Of a stretch of DNA of 44,804 bases, positions 17,179 through 24,080 are shown piece by piece. The DNA lies in IMG/VR virus record IMGVR_UViG_3300033150_001311, positions 1 through 44,804 of that record; one strand, given 5' to 3'. A program made the position numbers and the translations under genes. A model generated the notes under the pieces. It had not been told where the DNA came from and did not search any database. It was given only the letters and a program-made list of their open reading frames with translations. The DNA comes from a virus. How positions within the stretch are numbered: position 1 is the stretch's first letter; every line of letters starts with the position of its first letter.

Positions 17179-17206
17179 GAACAAAAAAAGTTTTTCAATG
17201 TACTAA
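17179..17206 (+). promoter_or_regulatory. Degenerate sixth copy of the promoter-like motif (GAAC-N16-TGTACTAA), rightward
   Basis: TTTTGCACGAACAAAAAAAGTTTTTCAATGTACTAAG on the plus strand, immediately upstream of the 2 x 30-bp direct repeat. Confidence 0.35.
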
Positions 17207-17265
17207 GGTAACCAGCCAACTTTTCTCAGAAGAGCAGGTAACCAGCCAGCTTTTCTGAGAAGGGG
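17206..17265. repeat. 2 x 30-bp tandem direct repeat in a non-coding region
   Basis: aggtaaccagccaacttttctcagaagagc / aggtaaccagccagcttttctgagaagggg, about 26 of 30 identical. Confidence 0.9.
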
Positions 17266-17458
17266 CGGTCTGGTCTCTGTCGAGACGATAGGGCGGTATT
17301 GTGTAGTCATTTTCTCTGATACAGTATCCGATAGAGCTTGTCTGATATAATACTTTACTTGTCTTGTCGGGTATCCTGTCCGGACGATAGTTTACCCGTT
17401 CTATCTTGTATCTGTATGGTACCTATTGAGGGCGCGAAAAAAAAACAAAAAAAAGAAT

Positions 17459-17485
17459 GAACAAAAAAAAGCAAACATCGTATAG
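17459..17485 (+). promoter_or_regulatory. Conserved promoter-like motif P3 (GAAC-N16-CGTATAG)
   Basis: A-rich tract-ATGAACAAAAAAAAGCAAACATCGTATAGTAAGC on the plus strand, about 115 nt upstream of the ATG at 17600. Divergent from P2. Confidence 0.55.
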
Positions 17486-17599
17486 TAAGCGTCAACCGGC
17501 GGCGGTTCGATGCGGTTTTCGGCGGCGTTTCTGAAAACTGTCTGTTTTCGACGTTGCCACCCGCTTTTTACAAGTTAATAGTGTTTTACGGAGCCGAAC

Positions 17600-17770
17600 A
17601 TGAATAAAGACTACAGAGTTTGTCCGGTATGCAAGCAGGAAAAGCACTTTATCGAGTTTCAGGATGTCCAATGTTCTGATAGCGTGCAAGAGTACCACGT
17701 TTGCACGGACTGCAAATCGGAGTTTCTGGACATGCAGTACACTTTTCTTGCTGATGCGGTGAAAAAGTAA
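17600..17770 (+). CDS. Small zinc-ribbon protein (56 aa)
   Basis: Not in the track because it is under 60 aa. GGAG 6 nt upstream. Translation: MNKDYRVCPVCKQEKHFIEFQDVQCSDSVQEYHVCTDCKSEFLDMQYTFLADAVKK. Confidence 0.5.
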   Translation: MNKDYRVCPVCKQEKHFIEFQDVQCSDSVQEYHVCTDCKSEFLDMQYTFLADAVKK

Positions 17771-17804
17771 AGTAAAGTTTTATTATCTTTTTCGGAGGTT
17801 TGCT

Positions 17805-17987
17805 ATGAAGGCTGAAATCAAGAACGGAAAACTCGTGATTACATTGGACGCCAACACCAAAGAACCGCCGGACAGCAAGTCCGGCAAAAGCAAAATCATT
17901 GCCACTACAGGGGGCAATGTCTTGACCGGTTTGCAGGTCAACGGCAAGCAGGTTTTCATCGGCGTCAATGCCTTTATCAAGAATTAA
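17805..17987 (+). CDS. Hypothetical small protein (60 aa)
   Basis: GGAGG 7 nt upstream of the ATG. Beta-rich sequence GKLVITLDANTKEPPDSKSGKSKIIATTGGNV... Confidence 0.6.
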   Translation: MKAEIKNGKLVITLDANTKEPPDSKSGKSKIIATTGGNVLTGLQVNGKQVFIGVNAFIKN

Positions 17988-18004
17988 GTAACGGAGACTC
18001 TAAA

Positions 18005-18121
18005 ATGCCTTGTGATATGTATGCCCGATGTAGTGAGTGCCCCTATTGGGACGCTGATATAATGGACTGTGTCTGTAGTCCTGACACGGTCTATCTGGAC
18101 ACAGACGATAGGGACGATTGA
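18005..18121 (+). CDS. Cys-rich micro-protein (38 aa)
   Basis: Not in the track. GGAG upstream. Translation: MPCDMYARCSECPYWDADIMDCVCSPDTVYLDTDDRDD. Confidence 0.4.
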   Translation: MPCDMYARCSECPYWDADIMDCVCSPDTVYLDTDDRDD

Positions 18122-18193
18122 GGATACCGACAGGCAAGGATGCCTTTTGTTTTTTAGCCCCACAGGAATATTATCGGACTATAACAAGCTATT

Positions 18194-18244
18194 AGCCGAT
18201 TTGCTGTATAAAGCCGTAGGATTGATTCTAATCGGCTTTTTTTC
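18194..18244 (+). terminator. Putative terminator of the rightward micro-operon
   Basis: AGCCGATT ... AATCGGCT (8-bp arms, 28-nt loop) followed by a T-run (TTTTTTT, 18238..18244). The long loop lowers confidence. Confidence 0.4.
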
Positions 18245-18396
18245 TTGACGGGTGTTTAGTATCGACCGCAGAGAGTTCGCCCATCCTGATGGAATCTGGT
18301 GCGTTCTGTGGCAAAATACGAAAAAGGTCGTAAAGCCAGTTGACCAGATGGACGGGAAAACCTACCAGAACAGGGAAAAAGTGGATATTGTAAGCA

Positions 18397-18425
18397 TAAA
18401 AAAAGACCGACCAAAAGGCCGGTCT
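18397..18425 (-). terminator. Rho-independent terminator of the leftward micro-ORF operon
   Basis: The minus strand reads AGACCGGCC-TTTT-GGTCGGTCT (8 of 9 bp paired) followed by TTTTTTT. Confidence 0.7.
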
Positions 18426-18473
18426 GTGGTGTGGTGGTGTGGGTGTCAACACAAGGCTAAGTAAGCCAGGATG

Positions 18474-18644
18474 CTAACAAGCAGAAGGTCGATTAACTCT
18501 TGTCTGGTCATTGCTATCGCCCCCTAAAACGGTTTCTAAAACGGCTTCTTTGATGATGATGGTGTCGCTCTGACGGTCGTAGATGTCGCCGTTATGCAAC
18601 TTCAAATAACGACCTTTGGGCTTTGTGCTGATTCTAACTTTCAT
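18474..18644 (-). CDS. Possible small protein (56 aa)
   Basis: Not in the track. The ATG at 18644 has only a weak GGGA upstream. Translation begins MKVRISTKPKGRYLKLHNGDIYDRQSD... Confidence 0.3.
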   Translation of the reverse strand: MKVRISTKPKGRYLKLHNGDIYDRQSDTIIIKEAVLETVLGGDSNDQTRVNRPSAC

Positions 18645-18660
18645 TGTCAATTTTCCCTAT

Positions 18661-18768
18661 TCAATATTCAAGCCAAACTGAGTAAATCCATGCTATTAAG
18701 CCAACTGTTCCAAACGTACCGGCCAATACCAACACCATTAAGCCAATTGCCGCAAGACCTTCAGTCAT
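18661..18768 (-). CDS. Single-pass membrane micro-protein (35 aa)
   Basis: Not in the track. ATGA overlap with the upstream gene and GGAGG upstream. Translation: MTEGLAAIGLMVLVLAGTFGTVGLIAWIYSVWLEY. Confidence 0.45.
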   Translation of the reverse strand: MTEGLAAIGLMVLVLAGTFGTVGLIAWIYSVWLEY

Positions 18769-18896
18769 TTCAACGCCTCCAGTTTGAAGTAATAGTAATT
18801 CAACAACTGCTTTAATGCCGCTTTTTCCGCAGGCTGGCAAGTGTGCAGCTTCTTGAGCACCTCCCTGTATCGCTTTTCTATCTCTCGCTTACTCAT
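18765..18896 (-). CDS. Small helical protein (43 aa)
   Basis: Not in the track. The ATG overlaps the end of 18889..19074. Translation: MSKREIEKRYREVLKKLHTCQPAEKAALKQLLNYYYFKLEALK. Confidence 0.45.
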   Translation of the reverse strand: MSKREIEKRYREVLKKLHTCQPAEKAALKQLLNYYYFKLEALK

Positions 18897-19074
18897 GGTT
18901 CAACCTCCAAGTCGTGGTTTTATCGCCTACAAGGTTCAATCCGAAACTTTCAGACTCTGCGTCGTCAAGTTTTGCCGCGTCTAACGTCCCTTCATTCGTA
19001 TTCCAGACCGTTAACCAAACCTCTGTGCTGTCGTCCAGCCCCTCCAGTGCCTTTTTCAATTCTTTGACTGTCAT
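18889..19074 (-). CDS. Small acidic protein (61 aa), first gene downstream of the sigma70-type promoter
   Basis: GGAGGG 7 nt upstream of the ATG, about 37 nt downstream of the predicted -10 element. Confidence 0.6.
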   Translation of the reverse strand: MTVKELKKALEGLDDSTEVWLTVWNTNEGTLDAAKLDDAESESFGLNLVGDKTTTWRLNHE

Positions 19075-19117
19075 AGTTCAGCCCTCCAACAAAAAACAGT
19101 ATTAACTTGTCGTATAA

Positions 19118-19146
19118 ACTATACCACACAGAGCACAGCTTGTCAA
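19118..19146 (-). promoter_or_regulatory. Near-consensus sigma70 promoter (TTGACA-17 bp-TATAGT, with TGG just upstream of the -10)
   Basis: The minus strand reads AAAAAAAGTAC-TTGACA-AGCTGTGCTCTGTGTGG-TATAGT. The -35 is at 19146..19141 and the -10 at 19123..19118. It is the best match to the canonical hexamers that I found in the window. Confidence 0.7.
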
Positions 19147-19180
19147 GTACTTTTTTTCAGCCAGCCTATAACCAAGCTTT

Positions 19181-19427
19181 CAAGTCTTTAATACTTCTTT
19201 ATCAACTACTTCAGCCGGTCAAATCCTTGACCTTTAGAGTCTTTATTATAACTATTGCTTTTTACTGATAAACTTGTTTTCAAGTCTTTTATCCTGTTTT
19301 GTCTATTGCCGGTTATTGAGTAATTGAGTCTTTATTATAACAACAGCCTTTATCTGTAGTTGAATAGTCAAGTCTTTATTACAAGAATTACTCTTTGCCG
19401 CCAAGACTGTTTTCAAGTCTTTAATAC
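19181..19427. repeat. Iteron-like array: six dispersed copies of a 14-bp motif
   Basis: Copies at 19181 caagtctttaatac, 19237 gagtctttattata, 19281 caagtcttttatcc, 19326 gagtctttattata, 19369 caagtctttattac and 19414 caagtctttaatac. All are in the same orientation, spaced 56, 44, 45, 43 and 45 bp apart, in a non-coding region. Confidence 0.8.
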
Positions 19428-19705
19428 CTTTTTATCGACTATCCCTGCGGGCCGGATTATAGACCGATAATATGCTGTGGCTTTGAGGCCCACAGGGCCT
19501 TTGTCTGTATCGTCCGTGTGAATTGAATCGGTTATGATTCTGATTGTATCGATTGTAGGGTTTATTTTGTCCGATAAAAGGCCCTTTTTCATGCCCGCGC
19601 TCAAAGGGGTACAGGTAGGTCGGGAATTCAATGAGTAGGCCCCGGGCAGGTATTAAGCAGCCAGGCAAATTTTACAAATTTTTGACCGGACAAAACCCCG
19701 ACCTG

Positions 19706-19727
19706 AAAAAATATACATATATTTTTT
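19706..19727. repeat. AT-only palindrome (10-bp arms)
   Basis: AAAAAATATA-CA-TATATTTTTT, about 280 bp from the iteron array. Confidence 0.85.
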
Positions 19728-19857
19728 GGGAACTTAATTTCCCGTAGAAGGCCTCAGATTGGCTCACAATCCATTTTCTTTTTTGGGGGGTGTCTGGTAT
19801 AGGCCAATATGAGTTCGTCGATTCTGAGCCATCCTCGTGCGTTATACGGCAATCTAA

Positions 19858-20061
19858 CTAATATAGTGCCCGCAGGGCCTCAAGAACGAGCTTTTCAAAA
19901 CCCAGGGACCTGTCGTGTGTTACATATTCTGTTTTATCCCCGGATTGTATCCTATAATTGGATATGTTTCCTCCACTAATGTTTGCAATTTCCACGATAT
20001 CCAAGACTTTCTTATCCTCTTCCACGCCAAACGGTACTATTTCTACTATTACCCTAAGCAT
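19858..20061 (-). CDS. Hypothetical protein (67 aa)
   Basis: ATG at 20061 in a TAAAATG junction with the SPFH gene stop. Confidence 0.55.
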   Translation of the reverse strand: MLRVIVEIVPFGVEEDKKVLDIVEIANISGGNISNYRIQSGDKTEYVTHDRSLGFEKLVLEALRALY

Positions 20062-20062
20062 T

Positions 20063-20578
20063 TTAGTCCTCTTCTCTTCCAAGTAATCTCAGATTCATGC
20101 ACTTCCCTATGTCGGTAATATAGACCCGCATTATTTTTAGTCCGAAGCCGGAGGCTTCTTCTCGCAGAGAGGTTAGAATCTGGTCCCGGATTTGGCCTAC
20201 TTCAAGCTCCGAAAACTTCTTTTTGCCCACGTACTCTGTGATAACGCCCATGCAGAATGTCTGGATGCTGCGGTCGAAGTCCTGGACATGAAGCAGGGCT
20301 TTCTTGGCGTCGCTTATTTTGTACAGGACTCCTCCAGATATACTGACGTTATCCCGGTCCTTTGTCAGGACGCTCTGGGGTCGCAGGTCGATTGGCTGCG
20401 GGGTTACTGTAACTTTGTAGGCTTCCTGGATTACGGGCCAGTAGATATACCAGCCCGGGGGCAGTCGCTTTACTCCCGTCCCGAGAGTTATCCTGACGCC
20501 CCCCTCGTCAGGAAATACGATAAATACTCTCGGGAAAAAATCCCTTATTGTCTCCAGTAGATTTGAAAACCAGCTCAT
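20063..20578 (-). CDS. SPFH/band-7 (stomatin/prohibitin-like) domain protein
   Basis: 171 aa. VFPDEGGVRITLGTGVKRLPPGWYIYWPVIQEAYKVTVTPQPIDLRPQSVLTKDRDNVSISGGVLYKISDAKKAL follows the SPFH core pattern. Confidence 0.75.
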   Translation of the reverse strand: MSWFSNLLETIRDFFPRVFIVFPDEGGVRITLGTGVKRLPPGWYIYWPVIQEAYKVTVTPQPIDLRPQSVLTKDRDNVSISGGVLYKISDAKKALLHVQDFDRSIQTFCMGVITEYVGKKKFSELEVGQIRDQILTSLREEASGFGLKIMRVYITDIGKCMNLRLLGREED

Positions 20579-20584
20579 GTTACC

Positions 20585-20770
20585 TTACCTCTTCAAGAAG
20601 GAGCGGCGAATAGCACTTTTTTTTCTTTCCAGCTCCACAATCTTTCTTTCAATTTCCTGGACCTTTGGAAGGCAGCAGTGTTTGTACTTCTTGCCGACCC
20701 CAATATTCGCAGCACAGGGACAGATTTCGTTCCGACCAATCTTCTCATACTCTCTTTTGTACGTCATCAT
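20585..20770 (-). CDS. SEC-C-motif small metal-binding protein (61 aa)
   Basis: [22 protein letters not shown] resembles the SEC-C motif (RN.PCPCGSGKKYK.CC), followed by a basic helix. ATGA overlap with the polymerase stop. Confidence 0.6.
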   Translation of the reverse strand: MMTYKREYEKIGRNEICPCAANIGVGKKYKHCCLPKVQEIERKIVELERKKSAIRRSFLKR

Positions 20771-22584
20771 TTTAACTCGCTAAGCACCTTACCAAATCCC
20801 ATGTCTACCTCCATCCGGAGAGGCAGCTTCATCGCGTTTTCAGCCAGCGGCCTGATTTTATTCATTACTTCCTCTACATACTCATCTTTGACCTCCACTA
20901 CTATCTCGTCGTGTACCAGCATAATAAACTTGGCCTCCCATTCTGGATGCTTGAGGAACAGTTTTCTAATTTTATTGCAGGCACACCGGAGCATATCGCT
21001 CGCCAGGGACTGAATCAGGAAGTTGAACGCCTGGCGGTAGGACTTCTTTTCCTTGACGTCAAGCCTTCGTCTTCTCAGGGTAAGGCTCCTGACGTGAAAG
21101 TTGTGCTTGAGGAATTCATGGCACCTGCGGATGGCCCGGCGAATTCCCGGATAAGTCCCGTAGAATTTCTCTATACCACGCTCCGCCTCCTCCTCCGTAA
21201 TTCCCACGTTCTTCGCAATCCCGTAAGCCGTAGTCCCATATATTATTGGGAAATTAAATCCGTTTTTTCCTATATGCCTCTCGTGTTTATACTTTTTCTT
21301 GTATTTCTCGTAGTCCGGATGCGAGGTGCACAGGGCCTCTTCTGGGATGCCGAGGTCAAATACCTCATTTGCGGTCATTAAGTGGAGGTCCTTGCCGGAC
21401 TTAAAAGCTTCCATCAGCACTTCATCCTTGGAGACAATGGCCAGTATTCGCAGCTCCTGCCCGGAATAGTCAAGAGACACAAAGGACCTGCCTTCTGGGG
21501 CCATAAAAACGCTCTTGAAGTCAATGGGCATGTCAGGGGATGTTTTTGGCAACTGTTGCAGGTTAGGGTCTGAGCAGGACATGCGGCCAGTAACAGTTCC
21601 GCAGTTATTCCAGTGCGGTCTAACCTTTCCGTCCCCATCTATGTGCTCAGGAAGTTTATCAATGAAGGCTGTCAGCATCTTATCTAAGGCCCGGAATTCT
21701 CGCAGGGCGTCAACAAATTCGTCTCCCTTCAGGTATTCGAGCGTCTCTTTTCCCGTGCTCATCTGGCCCTTGTCGGTGGTGTAGGGGGATTCAAGTCCCC
21801 GCTCCTCAAATATTTTCAGCAGGGTTTTGGAGCTTAGTTTGTGCTTGCTCACCAGCTCTACGTCTCCGGTAAACATGTCAGACTGCAAGGAGTAGGGCAG
21901 GCCGCCGAGGTCATATAACTTCTTCTCAAGCTCCAGGCGCTTTCTCGATACCTCTATGCGTAATTCCTCCAGCCTGTCGGCGTCAACCAATATCCCGTTT
22001 TCTCCCATCTCAGCCACCACGAACTGGAAGGGCATCTCGACTTCATAGAATAACCTATTCATACCAAGTTCATACAACTTCTTATTGTATATTTTATGGA
22101 GTTTCCAAGTCCATATAGCATCATTGGTGGCATACTGGTAAAATTTCTCCGACTGTAGTCCGCTCTTCACTGCCTCGCTATACGGGATTGGCTCCTCTCT
22201 TAAATGTCTCTTGGCAAGTTTTTTGAGTCCACAGGACTTGTTTTCATTTAACAAGTGAGCCGCCGTCATAGTACAAAAGATATTCTCGGTGGTCCGTATT
22301 CCCTCATTGTGGAGAACCTTTAGGTCAAACGGGGCGTTATGGAATACGATAGCCTTTATGATTAAAAATAATTCTCGCAGGAAGGAGATGATTTTGTCTC
22401 GCTCGGGGTTGTTCACTAAGTCGATGTATACCGTCTCGCTGCCATTGCAGAAGGAGATTCCTTCGAGCCGCATAGTATAGTAATCGAGACCATTGGTTTC
22501 CGTATCGCAGGAGGTTACAGAGAAATCCCGGGCATCGAAGTAGTCTTTGATGTCATCAAGTTTTTTCAGTACGTGGCAGTCCAT
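20767..22584 (-). CDS. Family A DNA polymerase with a 3-prime-5-prime exonuclease domain
   Basis: Exo I CDTETNGL. Motif [14 protein letters not shown], motif [16 protein letters not shown], motif [11 protein letters not shown]. Confidence 0.95.
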   Translation of the reverse strand: MDCHVLKKLDDIKDYFDARDFSVTSCDTETNGLDYYTMRLEGISFCNGSETVYIDLVNNPERDKIISFLRELFLIIKAIVFHNAPFDLKVLHNEGIRTTENIFCTMTAAHLLNENKSCGLKKLAKRHLREEPIPYSEAVKSGLQSEKFYQYATNDAIWTWKLHKIYNKKLYELGMNRLFYEVEMPFQFVVAEMGENGILVDADRLEELRIEVSRKRLELEKKLYDLGGLPYSLQSDMFTGDVELVSKHKLSSKTLLKIFEERGLESPYTTDKGQMSTGKETLEYLKGDEFVDALREFRALDKMLTAFIDKLPEHIDGDGKVRPHWNNCGTVTGRMSCSDPNLQQLPKTSPDMPIDFKSVFMAPEGRSFVSLDYSGQELRILAIVSKDEVLMEAFKSGKDLHLMTANEVFDLGIPEEALCTSHPDYEKYKKKYKHERHIGKNGFNFPIIYGTTAYGIAKNVGITEEEAERGIEKFYGTYPGIRRAIRRCHEFLKHNFHVRSLTLRRRRLDVKEKKSYRQAFNFLIQSLASDMLRCACNKIRKLFLKHPEWEAKFIMLVHDEIVVEVKDEYVEEVMNKIRPLAENAMKLPLRMEVDMGFGKVLSELK

Positions 22585-23162
22585 TAAAATTTCTCCACGA
22601 TTCTGTCCTTCTCAAAGCGCGGGTCATCCATATCACTTACTGTCATTGGGTTATTTACCTTATGCCACTTATTACTATCGGCACTGCCCCACTTCTTCAT
22701 TGTTTCTTCCAGTGCCGGGAATCTTGTCATCAGGTCTTTCCATATACGAGTAACAGTGCTTTCTCCAATACCAAGTCTTCTCCCGGCGGCTTTCTTTGTA
22801 AGACACATGCCAAAAATAGGATGAATGGCTTTTATCAGTTCAAGCTCCACAAATTCCAGTCCAAGAGATTCTGCCAGTTTCTCCAGATTACTTCCGCAGG
22901 GAACAGGAATGTCATACACTTTAGATTCCTTTGATGATTTCCTCAGTCTATTTCTTCCCTGTTTTCCAAGGTATTTCCGCAGGTCAGGAAACTTCTTGAC
23001 AATCTCGTCTGCTGCACTAATCACATCGGCCTCTACAAGTCCAAGTTCTTGCGCAGTCTCTCTGGTGGTCTTACCAAGTATATTTGGGTGTAGATTAAAC
23101 AGTATCTGTTGCTGCATTTCAGAGAGCTTACCACAATACTTCTCGATTTTTTCCCAATCCAT
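22584..23162 (-). CDS. Protein with two sigma-70-region-4/LuxR-like helix-turn-helix modules (putative transcription regulator)
   Basis: 192 aa, with AGGAG 6 nt upstream. Module 1: LSEMQQQILFNLHP...TTRETAQELGLVEADVISAADEIVKKF. Module 2: LELIKAIHP...LTKKAAGRRLGIGESTVTRIWKDLMTRF. Confidence 0.6.
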   Translation of the reverse strand: MDWEKIEKYCGKLSEMQQQILFNLHPNILGKTTRETAQELGLVEADVISAADEIVKKFPDLRKYLGKQGRNRLRKSSKESKVYDIPVPCGSNLEKLAESLGLEFVELELIKAIHPIFGMCLTKKAAGRRLGIGESTVTRIWKDLMTRFPALEETMKKWGSADSNKWHKVNNPMTVSDMDDPRFEKDRIVEKF

Positions 23163-23172
23163 TTTAGTCTCC

Positions 23173-23724
23173 TTAAATAAATTGTTTATGCCTTTGTCGG
23201 TGGCAACTTCTGCAAAGCCAATCCACCTCTAATGGCTTGTTGTAGTCCTCGTGATGGGCCTGAGTTTCTGCGGGAAGTCCACACTCTTCGCAGAAGACAG
23301 AGGGCTTGAGTTCTTCGGCCTGGATAGCACAATTAACAGCATTATGTGCTCTAACTTTTTCGGGATTATTTTGCCGCCACTTTTGTACATATTCCCTGAC
23401 TTGTGCTTTGTGTCCATGTCGCCATCTTCGGTGATACTCAGCCCACCTGGCTCGGTGTTCTTGTCTCCATTTTCGCTGATATTCGGCACGTTCAGCCCTA
23501 TGCTCCTGCCTATACTTCCGATGGTACTTTACAATATCGGTTTTGTGTTCTTGATAATATTTCTGGTGGTATTCTGCAATCTTTTCCTTATTCTTCTGTC
23601 GCCATTTCCGTTTGTACTCCTCTTGACAAACCTTACATATACCCTGGCGGCCATCCTTGCTACTGTCTTTTCTGTAGAACGCGTCCAAGGGTTTTTCGAT
23701 TTTGCATTTAGAACAAACTTTCAT
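23173..23724 (-). CDS. HNH endonuclease, paralog 1 (Zn ribbon, six basic repeats, HNH)
   Basis: ATG at 23724 with AGGAGG 4 nt upstream. N-terminus CSKCKIEKPLDAFY...GRQGICKVC. Six roughly 15-aa repeats of the form EY..K(W/Y)RQ(E/K)(H/N). C-terminus FCEECGLPAETQAHHEDYNKPLEVDWLCRSCHRQRH. Confidence 0.85.
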   Translation of the reverse strand: MKVCSKCKIEKPLDAFYRKDSSKDGRQGICKVCQEEYKRKWRQKNKEKIAEYHQKYYQEHKTDIVKYHRKYRQEHRAERAEYQRKWRQEHRARWAEYHRRWRHGHKAQVREYVQKWRQNNPEKVRAHNAVNCAIQAEELKPSVFCEECGLPAETQAHHEDYNKPLEVDWLCRSCHRQRHKQFI

Positions 23725-23835
23725 GGTACCTCCTTTTTCAAAGGCCTCAATTTTTATACATATATTATAGCATATTTGAGCATAAATGTCAAGCGAAAAA
23801 TCCTCGTTTTGAAATTTTTTTTTCATATTATATTA

Positions 23836-23863
23836 GTTATACGCAGGGAGCGAAAGTTTGTTC
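23836..23863 (-). promoter_or_regulatory. Conserved promoter-like motif P4 (GAAC-N16-CGTATAAC)
   Basis: The minus strand reads TTTTTTTGAAAAATCGGCGAACAAACTTTCGCTCCCTGCGTATAAC, about 110 nt upstream of the HNH-1 ATG. It heads the HNH / HTH / polymerase operon. Confidence 0.55.
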
Positions 23864-24080
23864 GCCGATTTTTCAAAAAAACTTTAATAATAGTATTAAC
23901 CTCTCTTCTCCTTTATAGTACCTTCGCATCCATGCTCAGACAGCTTGTCTACCCGCATATACTTTTCTTTATATCTTTGTCCCCACTCGCCATCGTGGCT
24001 CGTTGCTTGCTATCCACGCGGCTTATCCAATCGCCGCTGCCCCATCTTTCCTTCCTGCGTATTAACCGTCTGCGGACCTC

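Noticed and set aside
17490-17600. Possible tRNA (a GGTTCGAT-like string at about 17505) and tRNA-like structure at 24081..24147.
   Set aside because: I could not build an acceptor, D, anticodon or T-arm cloverleaf around either site. The flanking stems do not pair. No tRNA is called.
18228-18464. ORFs 18252..18464 (plus) and 18228..18452 (minus) between the convergent operons.
   Set aside because: Both run straight through the strong hairpin plus T-run terminator at 18397..18425. Both use non-ATG starts without an RBS.
19181-19427. Whether the dispersed repeats could be a CRISPR array.
   Set aside because: The repeats are only about 14 bp, come in two subtypes, and have irregular 43-56-bp spacing with AT-rich, partly similar spacers. 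There are no cas genes. This fits iterons or operators, not CRISPR.
19413-19668. Two overlapping minus-strand ORFs (72 and 78 aa) next to the iteron array.
   Set aside because: They have no RBS and overlap each other in different frames. Their translations are Arg/Pro/Asn-rich and look implausible. The region is better explained as non-coding (origin or regulatory).
19841-19848. Additional CGTATAAC (minus strand) at the 3-prime end of gene 19858..20061, and CGTATAAAC (plus strand) at 19111..19119.
   Set aside because: Neither has GAAC 16-17 nt upstream, and the plus-strand one is simply the complement of the region around the sigma70 -10 element. I do not count them as copies of the promoter-like motif.
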